Position numbers and translations under genes: made by a program. Below the pieces are notes generated by a model. It was not told the origin of the DNA. It saw only the letters and a program-made list of their open reading frames with translations, and ran no database searches. A stretch of DNA of 64,000 nt from Octopus sinensis (taxonomy: Eukaryota). Positions 1-12,120 of this stretch are shown in pieces (within the stretch, counting starts at the first letter, position 1; the number at the start of each line of letters is the position of its first letter). The stretch spans positions 49,600,001 to 49,664,000 of the forward strand of contig NC_042997.1 in NCBI RefSeq assembly GCF_006345805.1. Direction: 5' to 3'.

Positions 1-43
1 CCGCGAGTCCACTGCCCTAACCACTGGGCCCTTGCGCCTCCAC
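1..43 (-). mobile_element. 5' tRNA-like head of SINE family C, cut by the window edge
   Basis: Reverse complement GTGGAGGCGCAAGGGCCCAGTGGTTAGGGCAGTGGACTCGCGG matches the head of the copy at 23079. Confidence 0.75.
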
Positions 44-295
44 TTTAGAAATATACTGTACTAATTTTTATTAGTCTAAATGAAATATTTTCTCATCAGT
101 AATTACTCCAGCTAAAAAAATTCTTGTTTATTTTATAATCAGTAATTAAAAAGAACAAATCTTTGAAAAGTGTCACGTGTGACCTTCTCTTTAAAAAGAA
201 GAATTTCTATGGAAATTATCAGCCACGCAGCTGCAAAATTGTGATTTATAACAAGCAAACTGTGTGAAATGGAACTAGTATAATGTCATATACCT

Positions 296-503
296 TTCTA
301 CTATAGGCACTAGGCCTGGAGATGTAAGGGACGGGTGTAATCGGTTACATCGTTCCCAGTGCTCAACTGGTACTCATATTATCGATCCCGAAAGAGATGG
401 AAGACAAAGTCGACCGCGGCGGAATTTGATCTCAAACCAAAAGACAGACGAAATGCTGACTATTTTGTCTGTCGTGCTAACGACTCTGCTAGCTCGTTGC
501 CGT
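296..503 (-). mobile_element. SINE family A, diverged
   Basis: Reverse-complement match to the AAGGCGGCGAGCTGGCAGAA...GTCGACTTTGCCTTTCATCC...AGTACCAGTT repeat seen many times in the window. Confidence 0.8.
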
Positions 504-805
504 CTAACACGATGTCATACAATCATGCAATTTAAAACCAGTTTAACAAAGTGTGAGAAAATGTCGTGAGGTTATCGCTTAAACAGAAAATTGTCAAAGA
601 ATAAAATATTTTTCGGGTACAGTAATTTTCTTAGTCTTTGAATTTTAATTTTTGCTCGTTAAATTATGCTTAGAACTCATGTAACTGAAACCGAGCGATG
701 TTTTCTCAAAAATATTTCTTTATGTCATCTTAGAAACGGATTTAATGTGGGTCAACCATCTTCTGTTGCAGATAAAACCAGTTGTTTAAAAAAATCCAAT
801 ATTAA

Positions 806-1189
806 TCTTCATATATAAAAGTGAAGTTATGTGTCTGTCTCCTACGATTTAGATTCCCAACTACTCCTACATTTTGCGGTGCAGTTTAACCAAAACCGGG
901 TATCGTATAGTCGTGATTCATATCGAGCCCTTCTGGGTATTAGCGCGCGTCTACGATGAGTCTACGATTTTAAAAATAATTTACCATCATTTTTTTCCAT
1001 TTTAATGCATTTTTCACTATTATATAAGGGAGGTAACTCTCTAAAAATGTCTACGATGAGTCAACGGTTAAAAAAAAATTTTTTGCCATTTTTAATGCAT
1101 TTTTTTGCTATTTTTGGCTATAACTCTCTAAAAATGCTTATATAGTTATTTCCCTTACAAACCCGAGCAACGCCGAGTGATACTGCTAG
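806..1189 (+). mobile_element. Non-autonomous Helitron
   Basis: Starts TC (TCTTCATATATAAAA), ends CTAG with subterminal imperfect hairpin CCCGAGCAACGCCGAG, inserted between A805 and T1190, no TSD. Confidence 0.8.
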
Positions 1190-1588
1190 TTATAAATAAA
1201 ATAGATGTACGACAGCTACTGATGAATAAAATTAGAAATAAAATTGCCATCTCTGGATGGTACTGGATTGCCCTTAAATACAGTAGCAACCTCAGATGGC
1301 AATCAAAGACAGCAGAGTTACTCAGAAAGAGTGGCGGGTTCTTGTTCTCTTTCTCCATGAGACAAATTTCACATCCTTTCGGTACGTTAGTGCGTGCCTG
1401 AATTATCCAGGTTTTGTTCATTAGAATTATTTCCCCTGGCTCACTTTTGGCAATTATGCAAATTGTATTGTCCAAAAAGTTTTCTTAGCATTTTTCTAAT
1501 TCAAAAACTTCCCTCAATTGATTACAGAAGGCTCACACAGGCACGGTTACATACACGGGCGCACACACATGTAAGATTATATACAGTA

Positions 1589-2048
1589 CAGTAATTCCTC
1601 GCCATACCGCGGTTCACCTATCGCGGTTTGCTATTTAAGCTTACGTCGATTCCCTCGTGGTGTTGTTTTGCATTTATAGTAAAATAAATATATACAAATA
1701 AAAGTAATTTTTAAAAATATACAGTACAGTACTGTTTCTTATTTCTTTATTGCCCACAAGGGGCTAAACACAGAGGATACAAACAAGGACAGACAAAGGG
1801 ATTAAGTCGATTACATCGACCCCAGTGCTTAACTGGTACTAAATTTATCGACCCCGAAAGGATGAAAGGCAAAGTCGACCTCGGCGGAATTTGAACTCAG
1901 AACGTAATGGCCGACGAAATATGGCTACGCATTTCGCCCGGCGTGCTAACGTTTCTGCTAGCTCGCCGCCTTCTGTTTCTACTTCGCGGATTTTCACCTA
2001 CCGCGGGTTTTGGGGAACGTAACACCCGCGATAGTCGAGGGATTACTG
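1589..2048. mobile_element. Tigger/pogo-like MITE interrupted by a SINE
   Basis: Imperfect TIRs CAGTAATTCCTCG...CCGCGG / CCGCG...CGAGGGATTACTG, flanked by TA on both sides. Confidence 0.8.
1740..1972 (-). mobile_element. SINE family A, young copy nested in the MITE
   Basis: Near-consensus copy with 8-bp TSD CTGTTTCT at 1732-1739 and 1973-1980. Confidence 0.9.
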
Positions 2049-2814
2049 TATATCTTTTGTGTATAAATAGATGTACGACTGCTACTGATGAGTTAGAGCT
2101 TCACGTAAGTTATAAGCATCCAATCTGCTTCCAAGATAGTGGTTTAGATACTATTACATGTATCTTGTAATATCGTTAAAGGCAGCGAGCCTTTAACAAT
2201 ATTATTAAATTGTGTAACTGTCAAAAATTATATTGAGTGGTTATTTACTCTGAAAGCTGAAGAATTTTACGTCCGGGGTATCAAAATTTTGCGAAATAGA
2301 TAGCATTATGCTAATAATGAAGAGGAAATAGGAAATATCTTGATTAAATAGATAAATTAAAACTTAAGAATTATTTTGTCTTTTTCCCATTTTGAAATGC
2401 AAGAAGGCTTCCTTTTAAACTTAACACACACACACACACATACACACACAGAGTCTAATGGTGGTCTGCATCTGGGCAGGTTTGTGCATATTAATATTCT
2501 CCAACACTCTCTATACGACCTGGGAGGGCTCGCACTATCCCCTGCCGCCATTATGTATACTACTGGAATTATGGTGATTCCTGATATTAGACTGGAAATG
2601 AATACTGAAGTAGTTTCTTGTTGCCTTCCCAGGCAGGTGGGATCTGAACGCAGAACGTAGGGATCCGGAAGATATACGTTTCTGGCGCTCTCTTATCCAC
2701 TAGAGCAACGTGAAATGAGGTATTTTACTCAGGAAGGCAACATGCCGCACGGGTCCACGATCGCTTGATCCTGAGTGGAACACCCAAATCGCAAGGCTAC
2801 GCGCCGGCAGAATC

Positions 2815-2857
<43 letters not shown>

Positions 2858-2858
<1 letters not shown>

Positions 2859-4136
2859 GAGGGGTGTATGAAAAGGTTTGAGCCTAAACTAGAAACGGGG
2901 CTACTAGATAGCTGAAACAATTTTTCTAGTAGGTAAAGTCTTTTCTGAGTATTCTTGCTCATTTTCATGATACTGATACTTTTTTTTTTTTGTTGCAAAT
3001 TTTTGAATGAACAAGCGTTGCAGTTACAAGGAAAATGCTGTTATAAAGTACCTTTATTTGAAAGGCATGACTCTATCAGAAATACTTGAAGGTATGGTGA
3101 GAACCTTAACAGACAATGCTCCTTCATATGCAACAGTCAAACGCTGGGTAAATGAATTGAAGCGTGGCAAGGAGTGTGTGAAAGATGATCCCAGACCAGA
3201 GAGACCTCCAGCTGCAACCACCAAGGACAACATTGACCTTGCTCTTGGTATGATAATGCAAGATCGCCGAATATCATGTCGTCAGAGCCGAGAGACTGGG
3301 AATCTCAAATCAAAGAGCAGAAAACATTGTGATAAAAGAACATGGGCTCTCAAAGGTTTTCGCGAGGTGGGTCCCTTGCCTTTTTGATTCCTGAACAGAA
3401 ACGCACCGGGTGCACTTTGTCCATGAGCAATCTGGAACTGTTTGAAGCCGATGAAGAGAATTTTCTTGCTCGTTTCATTACTATGGACGAAAGTTGGGTT
3501 CATCACTACCAGTCTGAAACCAAAGAACAGTCAAAGCAGTGGAAGCATACATCTTCTCCTACCCCTAGAAAGGCCGGGTCATTCCTTCAGCTGGCAAGGT
3601 CATGGCGTCCGTTTTCTTTTTATTCTTAAGGTGTCTTGCTGATCGATTACCTTGAAAAGGGTCACACTGTGACAGGGCTGTATTATTCTCAGATACTGAA
3701 ACACACCCGAGAAGCAATCAAAGAAAAAAGACCGGGAATACTCACCAGAGGAGTCCTTTTTCATCACGACAATGCTCCAGGCCACACCTCAGTGGTTACC
3801 ATGGCAACAATTCGTGATTGTAGATACGAATTGTTTCCCACCCGCCTTATTCGCCTGACTTAGTCCCCTCTGACTTTCATCTATTCCCTAAAATGAAAAA
3901 GGCCTGGCTGGTCGCCATTTTGCCACTGACAATAACATCATAGACGCTGCAGGAAGTTTCTTGGAGTCTCAAACGAAAGAATTCTTCTACACCGGGATAA
4001 TGGCGCTTCAGCACCGCTGGAGAAAGTGTTCAGCCATCGCGGGGAACTATGTTGCAAAATAAATCACCAGAAGTCATGTACCATGTTTTTTTTTGTTTTT
4101 TTTTTTTGAGGCTGAAGACTTTTCATACACCCCTCG
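2858..4136 (+). mobile_element. Full-length defective mariner (DD34D) transposon
   Basis: TIRs CGAGGGGTGTATGAAAAG / CTTTTCATACACCCCTCG, about 1.28 kb long, left end abuts a (TA)n run. Confidence 0.93.
3007..4062 (+). pseudogene. Mariner transposase, frameshifted
   Basis: N-terminal HTH region (AVIKYL...SYATVKRW...DDPR), then RFITMDESWVHHY, FHHDNAPGHTS and PYSPDLVPSDFHLF, split across several frames. Confidence 0.92.
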
Positions 4137-4189
4137 TTTATATGTGTGTGTGTACGTGCGTGTATGTAAGAATCAGTATTGATTTAAAC

Positions 4190-4543
4190 CAGGGTTTCTC
4201 AAGCATTTTTTATCTATAGATCCCTTCGATTACTATTTTATTCTGATGCCCATCCCCCATAGCCAATAGGATGTTTAAAAACTACTTTTTTAGAAACTTT
4301 CTTCAAAATTTCTATTTTGTTTCTCCCTTAATAACTTTTGTAGGTTGAATTATGTAAAATGTTAGAGAAAGAAACTTAGCTGTTTCTTTAAATACATAAC
4401 ACTACATACATTTAATGCAAAATCTTTTCAGGGACCCTTTTAAAATGCTATTGGACACCCAGTTTACTATTTTGTTATGTGGATCCCCCAAGTTCTTATA
4501 CGGACTCTCTGGGGTCATATGGATCCCGTTTTGAGAACCACTG
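4190..4543. mobile_element. hAT (Charlie-like) MITE
   Basis: TIRs CAGGGTTTCTCAA / TTGAGAACCACTG and exact 8-bp TSD ATTTAAAC at 4182-4189 and 4544-4551. Confidence 0.88.
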
Positions 4544-6183
4544 ATTTAAACTGTCTTTAATCAGTTGAGAGAGGTTTTCTATGTTGAAGCAATTGACTGG
4601 ACCAGTTCACTCGGCTGTGAATGAGTACAGAAGGACAGTAGAACTGTCAATGTATCAACTGCATCAGTTGTTTTTAAATTGGTGTTTGGCTGTTACGTTC
4701 GTTCGTCTGTATGGCTCTCATTTGGGGATTCATTCTACATATGCTACTGAAAGATGCAACTTTCTGGACTGGTAATTTCTATTATCGATCCCAAGGGGAT
4801 GAAAAGCACAGCCTGGCATTAGCAGGATATGAACTCAGAACTTAATGAACCGGAAGAAATATCGCATAGAATGTTTTCCGACTCCTTAACGATTCTGTCG
4901 ATCCACCACCCTTGCTAAGCGCCTAATGTTTTAGACTCAGTTTATTTATTCTTTTCGAGTACTTACGCAACTCCAAACGTCTGTTCGTCTGTATTATTTT
5001 TTGTGTCTGCTGCATAATTTGTGGTTATGTTAGTATTGTTTTGAGAAGTGGGGAGATTATAATAGCTAGACTGCTCGTGTGAAGTAGAAACCATTTGGGA
5101 AAAAGGGGGAAAAAAGAATCGAAAAGAAGACACAGGAGAAAACACTCTTACGGAAATCAAAACAAACATGGAAATTGAGTGGATAAACAAACTCGATAAA
5201 CTTGCTGATGAAAAAGGTTGATGGTGGCAGACAATATGGCCCCTGTAGATCGTCTGCTCGCACTTAAAGTTTGTAAGTTTCTGTATATGTTTATGCTGTG
5301 TGTCTCACCATCTTTGGTTTAGGCTACCAGACTTTTTTTTTACTAAATTATATCTATTACTTTTGGGGTTTTCGGTCATGGATCATAACATCCTGAATAT
5401 TCTTTTTTTTCTATCTTTTTACTTCGATTTGTTTATACAATTGACGTATGACTTTCAATTGATATAATGGCTTTCATTGAAGTATATGCCTATATTACTA
5501 TCAATGATGAAATAGGTTTTAGGAAATAGTAATATGCTAACACTATGAGGCTTAGGTTGTAAAAGAAGGAGTCAAAAGCTTCTTAGTCACTTCGTGCGCT
5601 GAAATGTAATGGTAAATTCTACGCTTGCTCACCCACCCCATATCTACCATGCTTCACATAGTAACAACGTTAACACCGCAACATTTTCCTTTCCAAGTAT
5701 TACCAGAAGATATCTATTTTTAGACTATATTTTACATAGAACGAGATGCTTCTCGGTCCCAATAATGTCTCCAACCCAAATATCTTGCGTAGTTGATTGT
5801 ACAGAAGAATTATAATATCAACGTTATTTTGATATTAGATGTTGTTCCCGAATATTGTCCTTCACTTTTTGGATACTGAATAAATAATTCCTTCGCTGAA
5901 ATATTTATGGTAAATCATTCACAGCAAATGGTGAGGGAACTAAACACAAATACGTTTATTTATTCTGAGTGTTTCTCTAAATTGTTTTTGGTTTTGTATC
6001 TCTTCTTTCTCCAGCACACTTAGATTCATTTCTTTATTTCAATAAGTATGTTTATATATTTTCAGCATAGATCTACTACTTCGATTATCATCTCTACTTG
6101 GTCCAAAATTTCTTATTTCATACGCACGCGCACACACACAAAATTTTCCTTTTGGAAAAAAAAAAACAGTATTACATTGTGTC

Positions 6184-6396
6184 AAGGCGGCGAGCTGGCA
6201 GAAGCGTTAGCACGCCGGGCAAAATGCTTAGCGACATTTCGTCCGTGTTTCATTCTGAGTTCAAATTCTGCCGAGGTCTACTTTGCCTTTCATCCTTTCA
6301 GGCTCGATAAACAAAGTACCAGTTGAGAACTGGGGTCAATGTAATTGACTTAACCTCTCCCCAACAACTTCAGGCCTTGTACCTATAGTAGAAAAG
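6184..6396 (+). mobile_element. SINE family A
   Basis: AAGGCGGCGAGCTGGCAGAA head, B-box-like GAGTTCAAATTC, central GCCTTTCATCCTTTC...GATAAA...GTACCAGTT block. Confidence 0.88.
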
Positions 6397-6627
6397 ATAA
6401 CTTCATTGTGCGTCAGAGTGGTGGATTGGCAGAACTTTTAAAATGTTGGAAAAAAATTATTTGCGTCATTTGTTCCAGCTCTAGTTTCTCAGTTCGAATC
6501 TCACTTACATCAATTTTGCCTTTTATCCTTCAGGATTCGATAGAATAAACCTTAAGAAGTAATGTAAAACGCACTGCTAATGCAGCAGAACGTGGTATTG
6601 ACTTACAAAAACATTTAATATACTTTA

Positions 6628-6859
6628 AGGCGGCGAGCTGGCAGAAACGTTAGCACACCGAGCAAAAATGCTTAGCGGTATTTCGTCTGTCTTTGTGTTC
6701 TGAGTTCAAATTCCGCCGAGGTCGACTTTGCCCTTCATCCTTTCGGGGGCGATAAATTAAGTACCAGTTACGACTGGGGTCGATATAATCGACTTAATCC
6801 CTTTGTCTCTCCTTGTTTGTCCCCTCTATGTTTAGCCCCATGCGGGCAATAAAGAAATA
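6628..6859 (+). mobile_element. SINE family A, young copy
   Basis: Near-consensus copy with 21-bp TSD AAAAACATTTAATATACTTTA at 6607-6627 and 6860-6880. Confidence 0.92.
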
Positions 6860-7600
6860 AAAAACATTTAATATACTTTATAGTATATTATATTTGCATA
6901 ATAAAATAACGCGTACCTACAAGTCATTAGAAAATATAAGTAGCATTTGAGTATAGTGGCTGATACATAGGACTAAGCCCTCCCCTAAAATTTTCTCTTC
7001 ATATGCCTGAATTAGATACAATTATTACATTATGTGTCGAAAGGTAGTCGATAGTTAAAAGAACCCTTAAAATTCTGCTCATTTGTTCGATCCCGGCTAC
7101 GTTCAAATCCATCCATGACTATCCGATTCACATTTCTTCCATTCAATTTGGTAAAACAATGCATGCCACGTGATTGAAAGTTCCACTCTTACTTATGACT
7201 TTGCTTTAGTTATTATTAATTTCCCCGTATGTTTTGGTTGTTGTTACGAGTTACCCTGGGTAGCCCTTCTTAAAGCATGTGACAAGAATGTTGTTGATTG
7301 AATAATTAGAAACACCGTACAGGCCCAAAACTCTAGATATGTAGATAGACAGGAGAAGAAAACACTGCATTTGTTTCGCTCTTCAACATTTATAGTTTTA
7401 TTACCGTGAGGAGTATTGTCTGAAAAGTTGGAAATGCAACCACGCAGATTACAATGTAAATTATGATGCAGCTTTTGGTTGCTGGGTATTTAGCAGTTAA
7501 ATTGAGTTTGCTTGACGACAATGAATAAATGTAACTAATATGGTGTTCCGATTGCACTAAGCTGAGATACAATTTCAAATCTTTCTTTTGCTGTTCTGCA

Positions 7601-7607
<7 letters not shown>

Positions 7608-7698
<91 letters not shown>

Positions 7699-7702
7699 AT
7701 AT
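7608..7702. repeat. (TA)n microsatellite
   Basis: Seen directly. Confidence 0.95.
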
Positions 7703-8083
7703 ACTCCTTTTTTCTTTAGCTTTTGTATATTCGTATTGCTTGTATTTTCTTCCATGTCAGGATAATCTAACGTGTTCTCAAATTCTAAATGATAACATAG
7801 AATATAAAATTCTAGTGAAATCTGGGTCGTAGCCTTGCTCAATATTTGTTTATCTTTATTTAATATCATAATTCGTGTAAAGTAGTGTCGTTGGTGGTGA
7901 GGTACCCAGCGGGTTAATTATGGTTCACTGCATTCCTTCGGGTGAAAGTGACAAGTGAGCGTCTGAAATTCAGTCGACTTCATCCAAAGAAAACCGTTTT
8001 TTCACCCGTCGATATTTATGTCCTTCGCTGATAAATAGTGAGATATAAACACACACATATACACACGCACGCATGTGTACATA

Positions 8084-8085
<2 letters not shown>

Positions 8086-8164
<79 letters not shown>

Positions 8165-8196
8165 ATGTATGTATGTATGTATATGTGTGTGTGTGT
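8086..8196. repeat. (TG)n/(TATG)n microsatellite
   Basis: Seen directly; source of the spurious VC/HT ORFs. Confidence 0.95.
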
Positions 8197-8580
8197 CATC
8201 GGAGAAAAACATAAGCATGAATTTGGTATTCCTTTATTTCATCTGTTCCAATGTCACACAATTCAATTTATAAATGCAGTTTACATAGAGCAATTTAAGC
8301 ATACCGAACTCCTCTTTAAATGGGGTTGAAGTACAGATCCCGACATATCAAGAGATATATGACGATCAGTGGGGTGAGGGGAGGATAGTGAGGTAGGATG
8401 GTGCGTAGGTTCATCCATATCAATAATTGTATATAGTGGCATAGAAAATAGCACGGGGTAAGTTGCTAGACCTAATATGGAGACAAAGGTCAAGTTGTAT
8501 AGACGAAACGCTTGTCAAGCTGTCGGTTATGTTATTTCAATAAGATGGTAAATTTGTCGAGTACCTAGTGCATCCATTTC

Positions 8581-8657
<77 letters not shown>

Positions 8658-8659
<2 letters not shown>

Positions 8660-10690
8660 AAGAAAAAAGCAACAAGAATGGATTAGTAGTTTAGTACAAT
8701 TGTTTCATACTAAGAGCAATTTTATTTGAAGCTGCAAATATTGCAGCAAATACAAATGTCCAGTATTCATCAGCTAAATCACATATATGTTTTCCAGACA
8801 TCCTAGAGAGTTCGATTATCCTCATGAAGTATTAGAAGAGAGTTCTATGAAATTTACAGTCAAATTATAAGCAGACTTAAAATGATGCACAGTTTTATAA
8901 AAAGTTTTTTAAAAAAGATTGTTAACTTCCCAGAGAAGGTAAATCCATCCATAAAAATGTAGGTATAATTTCCGGAGACATGAGGAAAGCTGCTGGTCAC
9001 ACGCCGGTTCATTTCACAACTAAGTTGCTGCAAACAGAATTTGGTTGTAGTAGCAAGCCCAAATAAAGGACATAATGGGAGGAAGGGAGTAGAGGAGTAA
9101 GAAGACATAAATACACCATAGACAAAAGTTAGTTTATTTCTGTGGTGACAGAAAATCTAGGTCAGTGTTGAAGGAATTTTAGATTTATAAAGGAATATTA
9201 AATTTGACCACCACCTGCCAGGAACTGAGACCCTCACAGAGTTAATGGTAAAGAATACAGAGAGATCAAAGGAAGATATTAAAGGGGTAAAAGGCTATCA
9301 GTAGAGGAAGATACACTTAGAAAGTTAAGGGTAACACTAGAATAGAAGGTTATTTATTATTGTTTCTATTTTAACATATGTATAGACAATGTATAGACTA
9401 TATAGACAATTAAATTAAATTAGCATCGTACAAATACTATTTATTTTTATAATTAAAAAGGTACAGTTAGAAAGAAGGAACACCAGTGGAAGAGCCAACA
9501 GATTTCAGTTTAAAATATTTTAGAGTTTTGATTTTTAAGTGAATACCAGACCGACCTAGCTAAATACGGTTATTCTTTACGATTTCTATTTAAAATATTT
9601 TAGATTTTTGATTTTTGAATGAATGCAAGACAGACCTGACTCTATACGGTTATTCAATAGGTCTTTATTTTTTCTATGTTTTAGAATTTCATATGTTTCC
9701 ATGGAGCAGAGTTGGCAACCTACCCTATTATTTTTATAAGGCATTGCCTTTCTAACTATTTCCCATTTCAGGTTATATTTGATATTATTAGTTTTGAGTT
9801 CCCAGATCTTACTGGAAAGTGTGGTACAGCTAGCTTTATGACGTAACTTAAAGGAGGAGAGATGATTGCTTATTCTTTGTTTAAATTTTATAGTACAACC
9901 CAGATAAAATTTTATAGTACAACCCAGATAAAAGAATTTGCTATTCGCAGTAGTTACAGTACATTTATAGATCCTCCGTTTTCAAATGATACAAATAAAA
10001 AATATATTACAAATTATCATAACAATTAAACTTCTTTATATCCTAAGTAACTCACACAAACATATGCACCGCATCAGCCCATAGTTAAGAACTCTCCTCT
10101 AACATCCATTTCGTTCCACACACCTAGCTATGAGAAAGAAAAAGGAAAAAGAAAAAAACCCCAGCTGGGAAACAATTCCTCACCTTTTCTCGGATTTCCT
10201 GCCATTTACTATTACAATACATTTGCGCAGAAATGAAGCAACCAAAAACACTCCACAAACTTCAGAAACCGCAGTGGAACGAGTTTCCACAAAAATGCAT
10301 TCAGTTGCATAGAAAATGGTGGGGGCCGATGCAGGGAGACAGTCCGCCACAGGGCGATAATTTTATGGAATCACACTTTTGGGACTGCTGTACAAAGCTG
10401 TATAGGGGGTAGGCGCAAACTGCTGTATAAGGCCGTATAGGGGATAGCCGCAAACTCAGAAGTTGCCTACCGCAGCACCCACTCTAGTTATGCTGCTCGT
10501 TGTAATCATCTGTGGTTTTTGATGTAATTCATCAATACCACAATCAGTTGCACGGGACTTCAGCACATATATTCAACAAGAATAGTTAAAGACGCTTCTG
10601 TATATGATTATACAGACAAATTATATAATGATTTCCCTTATTGTATCACCTAGCTGTCTGGATGTTTTGCGTTCTTATCCCATCTTGTAT
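8658..10690 (-). mobile_element. Decayed Penelope-like element, boundaries approximate
   Basis: About 2 kb between two (TA)n runs, with a hammerhead near one end. That end (AAGCAACAAGAAT...TTTRGTACRATYGTTTCA) recurs at about 49808. Short internal tandem duplications. No clear ORF. Confidence 0.5.
8690..8778 (-). ncRNA. Minimal type-I hammerhead ribozyme with canonical core
   Basis: Minus strand reads TTTAG CTGATGA ATACT..[long insert]..AGTAT GAAA CAATTG TA CTAAA. Stem I 5 bp, stem II 5 bp, palindromic stem III, GUA cleavage triplet. Confidence 0.85.
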
Positions 10691-11229
10691 ATATATATAT
10701 ATATATATACAAGCACACACACATACAAAAGTAATTATATACGTCTATAATTATTTTTGATGTGGCTACAAAGCAACATTAAAATACAATTCTAATTAAT
10801 TACTGGAAATAATCAGCCTCATGAAAATCAACAACCTAACAATACACCCAAACTGCACAGCATCAAACAATTAAGCATAGAAATTACAAGCTAAACAAGA
10901 ATAATAAAACCTGGTAAAATCTGTATGTAACGTAAACCACTAAACAGTAAGACACTATAAATGTGTAATTGACATTATCATCAACAACAAATGTCACATC
11001 GCATGTCACAATAGCTAAAACAGATAGTATACCCACACTGCAACATGTACCAAGTACTCAACTTAGACTCTTCTCAACAGTCAGCCATCGAAAAAACCAC
11101 ACGAAATCAGACGCCAAAGGAAAGATACGCTTGTTACATCTAAATCATGATTTTTGACTCTGCTTTTGTTTTTTTGTATTTTTTTCTCCCAGACTCGAAT
11201 AAATCAATGGTCAAATTTAAAAAGGCAAA

Positions 11230-12120
11230 AGGTTTTGAGTCCCTAACATTCAGGGCCTGAAGAAAGCGTTACATCCCCTAATATTCGCGACTATTTATAC
11301 CGATACTAAAAGGAAACTAAAAGTAGCAAAATGGTAACAATCTTTAAGGCCCAACATTTTTCAAAGTGAAATATCCACTCTCCTACGCACAGCTAAAAAA
11401 TTCTGGAGAGGTTAATCCTTGATATACTAACACTTGTTTTCTCTTATTAACAGCAGAGATTTAGACTACTATGCTAATCCACCGCACTAGTTATAAATCT
11501 AACAGATAATACAAGATGGTTTATAAAAGAGAAAAAAACTCGCACAATTACCATCTTACTACCATCGACACCAGCACTACCTTTGACTTCATTACCCGTT
11601 ATCTGCTCATATAACAACTCAAGAATAAATGCTAACAAACCATCTGCCAGGCGGCGAAACCTATGGAATGTACAAGAACATTTGCAGAACTTGCAATTTC
11701 CCAAATCGCGTAGTATCACAGGAATATCACCCAGTCTTTCCAATCTATATTATTCGACATACCCACACCACAGCAAAATTTACAACAGATTCTTAAATAG
11801 ATGACATCACATTTACACACCCTACCATCATTCTTCTGACACTGCTAACCATCTACTCCAACCCTGCTTATAATAGCTACAAGTTTAGCTCTATAACAAC
11901 ACTTTCAAAGTAGCACTTATCAAGTACCTCATTGTCTCCCTTCTTAACATGAGCAACAGAGAACACCACGTACACTTAAATCATCACATTGAACATAAAC
12001 ATATTACAAACGCAGAAGAGGGACATACAGCTCTACGACATTCACAGCATTCGAAGAGGACATAGCAAAGAAAGAAAAACGGTGCAAAATGTACTTTGGA
12101 CAATCACAGATGCCATGTTT
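11230..12120 (+). mobile_element. Possible highly decayed Penelope-like ORF remnant
   Basis: Fragmentary translations only: PNIFQSEISTLLR, PVICSYN...PSLSNL, and CKMYFGQS (GIY-YIG-like). Many stops. Confidence 0.3.

Noticed and set aside
1213-1260. CTGATGA...GAAA near 1219
   Set aside because: No stem I or stem III can form.
8484-8520. GTC...GAC GAAA CGCTTG TC hammerhead-like 3' half
   Set aside because: The core reads GAGACAA and there is no stem I; too decayed to call.
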